A stretch of 64,000 bases of DNA from NCBI RefSeq assembly GCF_009914755.1, contig NC_060939.1; one strand, given 5' to 3'. The DNA is from the human T2T-CHM13v2.0 reference genome, Homo sapiens. A program made the position numbers and the translations under genes. This document shows positions 53,190 to 64,000 of this stretch, piece by piece (positions within the stretch are counted from its first letter, which is position 1; every line of letters begins with the position of its first letter). Under the pieces are notes generated by a model. It saw nothing but the letters and a program-made list of their open reading frames with translations, did no database searches and was not told where the DNA came from.

Positions 53190-54204
53190 AATTTTGTTAT
53201 GAAACATTTAGACCAGGCATGGTGCCTCATGTCTGTAATCCCAGTGCTTTGAGAGGCCAAAGCAGGAGGATCACTGGAAAAGAGTTCAGGAGAAGCCTGG
53301 GCAACAGAGCAAGATACTATCGCTGCCAAAAAAAAAAAAAAAAAAATTAAACATTAGTGTGGCATGGTGGCTTGCACCTGTAGTACCATCGACTCAGGAG
53401 GCTGAGGCAGGAGCATCAGTTGAGCCCAAGAATTAGAAGTTACAGTGATCTGTGATCATGATACTGTACTCCATCCTGGGCAGCAGAGTGAGACTGTCTC
53501 TGAAAATAAAAAAAGAAGATAAAATGTTTAAATACCTACAACATCAAAGAAAACAGTATAATAAAACTCTGTTTACCTATCATCTGATTTGATAGCTATC
53601 AAGATGTTTTTGCACCTTTTGATATTTTTGATGGTGAAATATTTTAATGCAAACCCAGGCCTCTTATCATTTTGCTCCTACATACTTGAGAATTCATTGC
53701 TAAAAAATACGGACTTAAAAAAAAACGAATGGCAATGTTATTTTACTACCAACACAATTAGCAGCATTTCTCTGGCATCATGTCTTACCCAGCCCATCTC
53801 CAAACACCATTGTGTGGTTGCTTTGTTTAAATTAGTATCAGACTGTCCAGTGCATTTGGTGATACCCACATGTCTTTTGAGACATGTCCTTGATTCTCAA
53901 GCATTGATTTGTTCAAAAGATTTGTCTGCTTGCTTTCTCATGGTATCATTTAACTTGTTCTATTCCCCACATTTTCTGCATTTCATATGTTGTAACTCAT
54001 CACAGGCCATTTTTTCCTCTTTTAATAGCCAGAATCCTTTGGTACAAAGCAGCTTTCCCTCATCAGTTAGAACTATTTGGTTCTCCCAGAAAGCCTATTG
54101 TACAGGAAAGGGAGGATAAATGCTGAAATCTCTCCCTTTATATTTGCTGAGTGGGTAGTGCCCTAGTTATCTCCAGTGTGGACCAGTGACTGCCTCTCTC
54201 TCTC

Positions 54205-54245
<41 letters not shown>

Positions 54246-54640
54246 ACATCTTGTTGACTCTCATTATAAACTTGTAGGTCCTTATGTTTTCAATGCATTT
54301 TAATCAGATACCATCATTACTCTATATGATTCTCAGATTGTCCTATCTTTGGCTAACGGAAGCCCCTGCAAGTTGGCTTTCATGACTTTTGACCTCTCCT
54401 TAGTGGTCCTTGGGCATCACATGCTGTCCCAGCATTTCTGTACATTTCTTTACCAAGCCCTAGAATAGGTTGATCCTCTAAAAGGGACTCTGCCCCTCTC
54501 AGAGGGGAATGGCATTTAGAAAATACCATCTGACACCTTGGGCATCGGCACATGGACACGTGGGCATTGCTGTTAGGTCGTCACAGTTTCTAGAACCTTC
54601 CATTGCTCTGAGCTAGGAAATACATATTGTTTAAAACCAA
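53190..54640 (-). mobile_element. L1ME-like 3'UTR split by an Alu, containing (CT)n at 54194-54245
   Basis: ttttgttatgaaacattta|...aaacagtataataaaac...cagattgtcctatctttggctaacggaagcccctgcaagttggct...aggggaatggcatttagaaa. Confidence 0.7.
53211..53520 (+). mobile_element. Alu (AluJ-like)
   Basis: Diverged dimer with an expanded middle A run. TSD aaacattta/aaatgttta, consistent with CpG decay of aaacgttta. Confidence 0.9.
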
Positions 54641-56014
54641 TCAGGACCAAGATTGGCCCCTAATCCTGTGTCTCTCGGCCTTCCAGGGGACCTTCTTCTG
54701 GGGATGGTGGGTTTTGCTGTTGTGAGGTCTCCCTGGCATGTGCTTCCTGTGCACCCCTCCCACCCAGGGCACTGGCTGTCTCCCTTACCCCAGGGCTTCT
54801 GCCCTGCTCGAGGAAGGTCCTACCTCCACCTGCAATGTGGAGCCTGCAGGACTCCCCCAGCCTTGTCACCACATGCTGTCTTATTGCCCCTGGTTTAGGG
54901 GGTATGTGTTTGTGGACAGCCTGTGGGGCTCAGGTGTCCCTTGCATCATCCACAGCCCTGACACCTTGGTGCTAACCCCTTGCAGGGCTCACTGAAGTAA
55001 GTGCTATGGCCACACTGCCAGTATTTGCGGGAGCAGGGGGTTTCCTGATACTTCTTTGTTTGCTTGTTTCTAAATATATCATCCATAGGTTTTCCAGGTT
55101 ATCCTGTTAATCTGTTTGACTTGCAGTAAGAATTTGGAAAAATTCAGAAACACTGCAGCCACCCTGATTCCATTGCCCACTAATAATGTCTTTAACTAAA
55201 AGCAGTCTGATTAGACAAGAGCTAGACATGAGGCTCTCACGGGGACATTACTGGCATTCCCAGTGGAGACGATAAAACAAAGCAAATGGTAAATGGTAGG
55301 AAGCATGGCAAATGGGCCCACAGTACTCCAGACATCCCTTGAGATTGCCCTGGAGAGCAGATGCCTGCATTCTTTTCCCTGTACCATGCATTCTGACTTT
55401 TGTGCTAAGAATAATTTAGTTGTTGCTTTAAACATTCTAGTTCACCTGTAAGTGCTGGTTACAGTGAAGGAAAAGAGACATTGTTCCTTCCTCTGATCAG
55501 CCTGCTGAGCCTCCTCAGAGAGGCCTGGGCAGCAGGCCTGGGGCAAATTATGCACCAGAAAAGGCTTAGAGAGTCAGATCAGCTACTTTGCTTTAAAAAG
55601 GCATAGGGCATCAAGCTGGGATTCTGGCCTATGTAAACAGTATGCTGGGAAAAAAAAAAAAAAAGAAAGAAAAAAGAAAACAAGCCAAAAATGCATTCTA
55701 TAGCTCACATTTGAATGCTAATGAAAATTAAACCAGTTCCTTTTTTTAACTTTAAGAGACCACACAGCTTTTACTATGCTAATGTGTAATGTGAATTTCT
55801 CAAAGAGCTAGCCTTCAGCATTTCCCATGCTAACTTAAACCACTCATCCCTTTTTATGCCTTTATTTTAAGAGTTCCACCTCTTTCTAAATCCATGCTCC
55901 CACAAAGCACTAGTGCAAGTTGAGTGCTGTAGGGGCTATTGTGCTTATTAGCACCAAAACGCTGAGTTCAATAAAAGTAATAGTATTTCTTTTCTAACCA
56001 CTCATTTTCTGAAC

Positions 56015-56400
56015 CAGTGTTTACTGAATAGCTTAGTGTTGTTCTAGGTTATGCCAAAGGATCTTAAGCTTAGGACTCTACTTTCAAGGAGACACAAGTG
56101 TTAATGAATCATGATAATAAAACATGAGGAGTACCAGCAGTTATGGAGTATAAGGAACTGCAAGTAAAGGCATGAGTGATCCTGTGCTAAGAATAACAGT
56201 TGTCACTTTAAACATCTCTAGTGATTGACTCTGCCTTAGAAAGTCAGGAAGGCTGCCCAGAAGAGGTGACCAGAAGGTCCAAGTTCTAGAACTTGCATGA
56301 AGGTCCTGGGCTTTGTTACCCTTGCCCTAGCCAGGCATCACAGGACAGTAGCATTGATAGAGGCTGGCATGGGGGCTTTTGAAGGAAGTATCTAGAGTCA
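56015..56400 (-). mobile_element. L2 LINE fragment
   Basis: gtttactgaatagct...ctactttcaaggag...gactctgccttagaaagtcaggaaggctgcccagaagaggtgac. Confidence 0.6.
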
Positions 56401-56533
56401 AAAAAGACTTAGGGCATGCCATAGGGTGGGGAGCTGAGGGAGCTGGGGATGGGCAGCCCAGCTACCTGCGTTTACTATTATGTGCTGGAAAGAGAGCTTG
56501 GAAAATGCTAGAGATGAGATGCTGAACTCACTG

Positions 56534-57321
56534 TCTAACCACCCGACAGTTTCTTGCCCACTGCATAGAAAAGCCAATACACTGAGACAGCAGTGTTGCA
56601 ATAGAGAGAAAGAGTTTAATTATTGCAAGGCTACTTAGTGGGAGGACAAGAGATATTTTTATAATCATTCTCCCCGAGAACTCAGAGGCTAGGGTTTTTA
56701 AGGATAACTTGATGTGCAGGGGGCTAGAGAATAGGTACTGCTGATTTGGTGGGGATGAAGTCACAGGAGTGGCAACACTGTCTTTGTGTGCTGAGTCAAT
56801 TTCTTGGGCAGCAGCTTATAGGACTGGTTGAGTCAGATCCTTGGTATGAGTTACAGGTCCAGGGGAAGTCAGTTGGTTGCCACAATGCAAAAGTCTGAGA
56901 AATATCTCAAAACCAGTCTTAGGTTTTACGATAGTGTTGTTATCTAAAGGAGCAACTGGGGCAGCTAAAAATCTTGTGACCTCCAGCTACATGACTCTTG
57001 AGTGGTAAGCAATTATAGAATAGCAAGCAGCTTATCATTTTACTATGCCTATATTTTAGCAGTATTCAAGCCCCATGATCCTAACTTTGGCCTTTTGTTA
57101 GTCTTACAAAGGTGGTTTTAGCCCCCAGAGGGGGTCAGTTTTGGGAAGGGACTGTTATCATTCTTGCTTCAAAGTTAAGTTATAAACTAAATTCCTCTCA
57201 TAGTTAGTTTGGCCTATGCTCAGGAATGAACAAGGGCAGTTATCTTGTGAGGTTAGAAGCAAGATGGAGTTAACTGAGTTTGATTTCTCTTGCTGTTATA
57301 ATTTTTACAAAGACAATTTCA
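56534..57321 (-). mobile_element. ERV1 solo LTR (LTR8-family)
   Basis: Ends gaggttagaagcaagatggagtt...ataatttttacaaagacaatttca, the reverse of the LTR8 5' end. 4-bp TSD actg at 56530-56533 and 57322-57325. Confidence 0.88.
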
Positions 57322-57365
57322 ACTGTTTGATTTTAAATAAGGTAGCAAAATAGCCTCAGAGACTG

Positions 57366-57803
57366 AGTCAAAGAAAACCAGAGCTGGGCAGTGGTGAAAG
57401 CAATAAAAACAGATTTTGTTTTGGACTATTGCAGTAAGGGAAAAGAAGCCTCAGAATAGAACTGGGCTCAACTCTGGACACAGCATGGGCAAGTAGGAAT
57501 TTGTAGCCAATGAGCACAGTGGTGGTCAGAGGATGGAAAAATTACTAAGAAGAAACATCAAGGGGAAGGGAGATCCTGCCTAAACTCACCTAACAGGACT
57601 CTTGCCGGAAGCAGACCAGGGTGATAAGACATCTCCTGGGGGATGGTGGGTGGGAAGCTCAATCAGGTATTGAGGGGGGTCAGATACCCAGATGGAGGAT
57701 TCTTGTCAATACTGGATTGCACAGGGATGTGCACAGGTGGGCCTTGTTGGGGAAAAGGTTCAGGAGCCTGACTAAAGTTTGGTCAAGAAGAGAATTTTTG
57801 TCA
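57366..57803 (-). mobile_element. ERV1 solo LTR (MER31-like)
   Basis: gtcaaagaaaaccagagctgg...aggagcctgactaaagtttggtcaagaagagaatttttgtca. TSD actg at 57362-57365 and 57804-57807. Confidence 0.88.
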
Positions 57804-58097
57804 ACTGTATCCAAGTTATTAACTCTTGGGCTAATGGAGTATTGTGTGGAAAGAGTTGATGGTTTGGTTGTGTGAGTCACACCTACCTGGTTGTCTGACT
57901 AGTTTTTGCAGTTCACTAGTTGTGGGATGCTCCTTAACAACTGTGATGTGCATTTCAATCTCTTGACAAAAACTCTGCAAGGATGCTGAAAAGATTAGCT
58001 TAAACAAATCCTGGAAAGCCATGCTTGGCATATCACAGGTTCTCCAAACGTGATAAGTATTATTCACTCATTTAATACTTGCTCTTGGTAAATGAAC

Positions 58098-58734
58098 TGT
58101 ACGGGGCCAAGGAAGAGCTTTCTCTTTGGCTCTCCGAAGGTTTGCTGAAAAGTCGGTTCACAAAAGGAAGGTTAATAGGAGAAAAGACATACACATTTAT
58201 TTAACATGTATATACAATAACCTTCAGACTGAAGACCCAGAGACACAGGGGAGATTGTCTGTTTTTATAATTAGTTTCAACAAAATATGGACAGTTGTGT
58301 AGAAATATGATTAAACAAAAAGGGTGTGATCTAATGGTCATAGACTGAGTGGGAAAATACAGCAAGGCATATCGGTCTAGATTCTTCTTGGGTTCTCTGA
58401 AAACATATTCCTCTTTTCTGGGTATGAGGCAGGCCCCTCTCTAGAATGGGGGTCTGATGACCTACAGTCAAACAAAGTAGGGCAGATAATGTCTTTATGG
58501 GCCAGGTTTTACACAGATAGGGCAGAGGGAGTGGTACGTAATACTTTTTAGGGTTTATGGCTGGCTTTGTAGGAAAACAGGTTCTGGTTTCTATGACCTG
58601 CCTTGGGGAAGAGGGATTCTTGTTTCTATGGCAGCCTCAGAGGAGAATGGGACTGAGAGGAGAGCAGGAGAAGGTCAGAGAAAAACTTTTCTTTTTGGGG
58701 CCTTCATTTTGGGTTATAGTTTTCTATCCCCAAT
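58098..58734 (-). mobile_element. ERV1 solo LTR (MER39-like)
   Basis: tgtacggggccaagg...ttaataggagaaaagacatacacatttatt...gcaggagaaggtcagagaaaaactt...cattttgggttatagttttct. Confidence 0.82.
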
Positions 58735-60255
58735 AAAACAAATAAACAAAGAAAACTCATGGAAGCTTACAAGTCAGAAATTATGAAAATCCTCTTCAGA
58801 AATTCTAATCAATGCCTGTATCAGAAATATTGCTTACTCCTATCATCAATGCATTGCCGTGATTTGCCATTTCAAACATGCCCCGCGTGGCAATCCACCT
58901 TCCCCTCAGGAGCAGCTGTAACAATTTCCCACATGTGGCCAATGCACTTTATCATATGTGTCCGTGAGAATAGCACATTAGCCACATTCAAAATAAGGTA
59001 CGTTGTGCTTTTTCCATTTTTGTTGATAATGATGCCCTCAGTTTTGTAATTGCTTATTTACCTTGTTTGCATAAAATCTTCCCCTGATTTTTGTGATACA
59101 ATTTCGCTGGCTTTATGCTTGGTCTGGCTCTGAGAAATTTATCATTTTCCCCATTGGTAGAGTATGAAAACTTTAAGCAAGAACTACCCAAGTGAGCAGT
59201 TTCCAGTTTCAAATTGTTCAGAATTCACTCATTTCCAGACTACAAAGATGCACAGAACCCTCGAGTCCTGTTGTCCTGCCGGGGGTCCATTCATCTTGTA
59301 TCTTCAGAAGTTTTGTTTGATTCTCTATTTGTTGCCATCTGTTCTGTGTCTTTTCATGGTGTGAATTTTGAATGCTGTGGGAAAGATGGAAGCCAAAGAT
59401 GCACCGGGTCTTTGGAAAAGAAAACTATAATGATTAAAGGGAGGAGAGCTGCGTAGAAGAGAGACAGTGGGGTCCTCTTAGGCCTTGTGTGCATAAAATA
59501 AGCTGAATGTTTGTGCCCTGTTACCAGATTGTTCTCTTGATTCACAGTTCATCGCCTCCTAGATGAGGCTGGGCGTGGCTCTGAAGAGCTGCAGCACTTC
59601 TCTCTGGCGGTACATTTTGCACACTCATGGTTACATGGAAGTGGCTAAATGGCCTTCTGCAGAGCCACTGCCTGATCGAACATCTCTGTGAGTCTTGGCC
59701 TTCCCCAGGAGACTGTGGGGCTCGTTGCACTTGTTTTACCAATCACAGAGCTCACAAAGAAGTTGTCCAGGCCCGGGGGGTGAGATACATAAATTGAGCC
59801 TGCCCATAATGAACACACACTTTTTCTGAAGGACCTTAGCACGGTCTAAATAAAGTTTGTAAACCACTGATGTAGAAGAGGGAGTAGATGTACATTCTGG
59901 TCACAATAGCAACTAGAGTAAACGGGCAAATGGCTTGAGTGAAAGGAAAAAAAAATGAGATTGAACAAGAAGAGCAACTGTAGAATTCTTCAGGTTATGA
60001 CTGCCATGTGCTTTGAGGCAGTGCATTTGCATCCTGAGGTCACGTTGTGCATCCATTGTCACACTCGGGACTCTCTGCCTACCCTATGCTTGCACTAGAT
60101 TCATCACGAAGCACCGACTGCTGCGCTTCCCTCAACAAACCCTGCTCCACGTATACCCTCAGGTTCAACTCATCGCTCTAACCATGTCATCCTGATTCAC
60201 TCAACTTTACCCCAACTCAGATTCTGTTTCTAAGGTGAACTTACACATTGTGCCA

Positions 60256-60300
60256 TGTGTGTGTCTGTCTGTGTGTGTTTGTGTGTGCACGCGCGCGCAC
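60256..60300. repeat. (TG)n/(CG)n alternating purine-pyrimidine tract
   Basis: tgtgtgtgtctgtctgtgtgtgtttgtgtgtgcacgcgcgcgcac. Confidence 0.9.
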
Positions 60301-61562
60301 CCCAGGTCAGTTCTAGCAATAATTGAAAAACAGAAACCTATTTTCTTTAATTATTTTACTAATTTCTACTTGATACCTCCTGGCCCTAAATCCACTGACT
60401 AATGCTCTTATCCACTCACATTTTGTCACTATCAGCATATATACCCCATGTAGCCACTGAAAAGGTCTATCTTATGTCTACTTAAGGCTGGAGGCTTGGA
60501 CTAACCAATCTAACACAGGATTATCGTTCCAGTTTAGTATTTTAGGGTTGAAAACCCCTCTCGCTTTGGGTGTTACGTTCAGCTGCTGAATTGTGCTGAC
60601 TTCTTAGGAGGGCCGTAGTTCACAACTTCATGAGATGGCACAGGGCAGTAAAGGCCTAAAGGGTTGAAGGGCTGACCTTGAATAAATAAATATGTGTCCA
60701 TGAAACCTCTGTGGCTCCCAGCATGCAGGGCTGGAGGCATTGAATGCAGGCACCTGTGGGGAGGAGCAGTTTGTGGCAAGCAGACTTTACACGGGGAAGG
60801 ACCAATGCTAGCTGCCCACGAGCACAGGCAGTAGGGTAATTGTCTGCAGAGGATCTAGAATCAATACTCCCCAGGCTGTCTCTCATCAAACCCCAAAGTC
60901 CTTCATTCTAGAGATTTGCCACCAGGGAGAGAAAAACAAGAGTTAGTTCTCTTACCCATGCACACCTTTATTTGGTAGAGGCTCAACCAAGACTCTTGTT
61001 TTGGGGGAAGATTTGTATGAGATTTCTATCCTAATACAAATGGCTGCGGATGCTGCAGATGGGGAAGGCTGTAATACAGACTTGTGGCTGCACAGAGCCA
61101 CCATACTTAGGGCATCAGGCTGATGTTAGGGCCTGGAAAACAGGTTTGAAGATTTCTGTCTGAATGAATTTCTCCCTCTATTTGTTCTATGCTATATGCA
61201 AAGCCATCTGACTCTACTCGTACATCCTGCCCACGTCTTTGTGGAAGCAGTTGTTTCTCTTTCTGTTATATATCTATGGCAAATACTTATTCCTCCACTT
61301 AATATACACACTTTAAGTGGCTGCTGCATGTAAGCATTCCTGTGAGTGATGGTAGGAAAACAGCAGTGGACAAAAGATCCCAACGCTCAGAAGTGAGGAG
61401 TTCTGGTCATTTTCAGATTATAAGGTCATAGCTAAGATGTTTCTGGGCTTTTTTTATTCCTGTCAAACTCTACCAGATACTTAGCAATCTTTCTCATCCA
61501 GTTCTGTACACGAGAAATCATTGTGAATTCTTCAAACTACCAAACACCACTGTAACATAGCA

Positions 61563-61638
61563 TTTCTACTATAATATAATTTCTACTATGATATGCTATA
61601 TAATATATAATATAATAATATTATAATAATATAATATG
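61563..61638. repeat. AT-rich low-complexity (TATAA/TAA)n
   Basis: Directly visible. Confidence 0.8.
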
Positions 61639-62144
61639 AATGTAACTGAAAACAAAATGCAACCCCATTGAGTGTTAGTAGTAAGTAGAAAGCCACAAAG
61701 TTGATTGTAGACACAGATGTTAGAGTGATGTGCTGGAGCCAGTACAAATGCAGATTCCAAGACATCAATTTCACATCAGCTCTGGGGATAGTCCCTGGTG
61801 GAAGTCACCGTCTACAGTTTCTGCAGCTGACCTTTAGGCCACATGTTCTATGCTGAAATGCAGGCAGGTGCCTGGGAAGCAGGGGTGGCTGGGACCTATG
61901 TAATTCACTCTTACTCACTCGTCGTGTTAGGTTGTTATTCGAATGTGTACGGTATTTATTCAAAATTACAGGTGATAAAATGCCATGGACCTAAGAAATT
62001 ACTCTCAAATACTAAAGACTTTGGCAGCTACATCCATGGATTGTACAGGTTTGGCTGGGCTGTATGATTTTTGTAAATGATGTTTAAAAGCATGTAGCAG
62101 GAAATCAAGCTGACTGTGTTTGAATGTGAACCCGCCATGTGAAA

Positions 62145-62297
62145 GCAGTGACTTTAGAATTGGACACCCCTGGGCTTCCGCTCCTGGTCTATAAAATGGA
62201 GGTAATGATTCTCTGTGCCCAGTGTGGTCCTGAGAGTTGAATGAGATGACGGGAGGGGGTGCTTAGCTGAGAGGCTGGTGCACAGAAAAGCACTCCC
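62145..62297 (+). mobile_element. MIR SINE
   Basis: tctataaaatggaggtaatgat...tgagagttgaatgagatgac...gcacagaaaagcactc. Confidence 0.7.
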
Positions 62298-63004
62298 CAC
62301 AGGGCCGCCAAGCAAAGAGATTTGTGCTGGAGTCAAGTGCTCCATTGGATGTGCTGTGCGCTCGCTGAATTTGCAACTGCTGGGAATTGAAAGGGCTTCT
62401 GCTCGGGGCCAGGCTGTGTGGAGGCTCAATGACCTAATGAACAGGATGTCCATTTGGCCGAGATGAGCTGCTGCTGGTGCAGGCCGCTAATGGGAAACCA
62501 GTGTTTACGGGAAACCTGCAAAATCATCCTTTGATAGCTGAGGATGTCGTCTGAGGGTGAGATCAAGCCAAATAGAGCGAAAACAATAGCAAGAACATAA
62601 AACTTCTGCTTTTACGAATCATTTTTAGCTTTTAGTGAAGCTGATCAATTCGTTTTAGCGAGAAGAGCCTTAGGTGGTTGTTTTCTTTAAATCCTTAATG
62701 TCTAATTTGTGAAATATTATTTTACAGATGACTTTTTTTTTCAATTTTTTTTTCCCTATGAACAGGCAGCGAAATAATCAGCCAGAGGTTAGTGTGTGAC
62801 AAACATGCTTTATTTTCTTTCTAATATGTATCTGATCATGTTGTTGTGTATCTGAATACAATATAAAAAAGCTATCTTACTCTCCCTAGGCCACAGAACA
62901 ACTGGAAAGGAGAAAATAAAACAAAACAAAGCATTAGGCTTGGCTTTGCAGCTTATGTTTAGCTCCTGGCCATGAGCTGATGGCAGCGAAAAGGGAGGGA
63001 AGGA

Positions 63005-63102
63005 GTGATGGAGTAGCCTGCCTGAGGTTGCACAGCTGCGTCGGGAGCTGATTGAAAGCCAGGCAGCGTGGATCCAGACTCCATGATTTCATCCACCACA
63101 CT
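63005..63102 (-). mobile_element. MIR fragment
   Basis: agtagcctgcctgaggttgcacagct...ccaggcagcgtggatccagactccatg. Confidence 0.6.
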
Positions 63103-63224
63103 GCACATTTAATTAACAAAAGTATTATTGTGAAGGGGGTGAAGAGGTGATTGAAATAGCACTGGACCTTAAAAAACTGTTGAAGGCTGTTTGCCTATTG
63201 AAGCATGCATTATATTCTTCTTCG

Positions 63225-63480
63225 AATTATTTTAAAAAACAAACATTGGAGTTTCAGAAGTAATGCACAAGCATACATTTCCAATTAAAAATAAGTATAA
63301 AGAGCAGAGAGTTGTATTATGCAAGAGGAATTTTTCCCTCTGTTACTCATCCACATAATCTTGTTCCGTTCCTTTCAGGCAAGCTCTGTTAACAATTTTA
63401 AGCGTATTAATCAGACAAATTTAATATATATTTAATCTATGTGTTTTAAATGCATATGTTTGCACATAGTACTCTAGGAT
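63225..63480 (-). mobile_element. L1ME-like 3' end
   Basis: gaagtaatgcac...caggcaagctctgttaacaatttt resembles a reverse L1ME 3' terminus. Confidence 0.45.
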
Positions 63481-63555
63481 GTTCTCTGAGGGATTTTCCT
63501 ATGCATGGTTATTCATCACCTCACATTTATTCATCACTAACTCTGTGCCAGGCAC

Positions 63556-64000
63556 TTTCCCTCTACCATTCTGAGTAATTAACTCTTACCTGGGGTAACA
63601 AAAGACATTAACAAGAGAAAAACAAACAGGAGTTTATTAACGTGTATTTCATATACACATGGGAGATAGCCAGGGAGCAAGTCATTCTCACTGAGGTGGC
63701 TTAGAACTCCAACTTATATAACATCTTCACAATGAACAATAAAGTTTTAGCGAAGTGACAAGACAAAGATAAAGGACCTTGAATTTTTAGGGAAGGCAAA
63801 TTATGGGAAGGAAAAACAAATGGGAAACTAATGATAGATCAAGGATAGGAAGGTTTGTCATGCAGGTGCCTCTGCTGCTGTCTCCAGGCTGAGAAGGATA
63901 TCAAGTTGTTTTCAGTGGCTACCCTTTCCTCTCCCTGACAGAAAGGGTAACTGGGACATTTGTGAACATTTACATCCTGTTTTCAGGCAAAAAGGGAGAG
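63556..64000 (-). mobile_element. ERV1 LTR (MER34-like), running off the window end
   Basis: attaacaagagaaaaacaaacaggagtttattaacgtgt...gtggcttagaactcc...cctgttttcaggcaaaaagggagag. Confidence 0.75.

Noticed and set aside
53589-54119. 176-aa ORF
   Set aside because: It lies antisense within an L1ME-like 3'UTR relic, with composition typical of repeat-derived ORFs.
60917-60932. CTCF-like core gccaccagggagag (similar partial cores near 2281 and 8403)
   Set aside because: The 3' half lacks the GGGGGC/GGCAGC/GGCGC pattern, so it is too weak to call.

Overview
Primate (Alu-bearing, human-like) non-coding genomic DNA, either intergenic or deep intronic. I find no protein-coding exon, RNA gene, CpG island or CRISPR-like array that I can support. 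The supplied ORFs are short, and those I could assign read through Alu, L1 or LTR sequence; the rest resemble no protein I recognise. Much of the window is decayed transposable elements: old L1M/HAL1 fragments (including a ~5.8 kb 5'UTR-ORF1-ORF2 relic at 23.6-29.4 kb), about ten Alus, MaLR/ERVL/ERV1 solo LTRs, and MIR, L2 and L3 fragments. Family names come from my recall of consensus sequences and need RepeatMasker/Dfam confirmation. I did not find a new biological system. The most unusual structure is at 42.5-43.3 kb: an Alu whose middle is inverted and which carries an inverted 137-bp copy of upstream DNA, with microhomology at two of the three junctions. That duplicated unit contains a perfect 20-bp double-E-box palindrome whose CpGs survive in only one copy. 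There are also several short templated insertions, a tandem AP-1 plus NF-kB motif, a cluster of three ERV1 LTRs rich in AP-1 sites, and two repeat-free stretches dense in developmental transcription-factor motifs.
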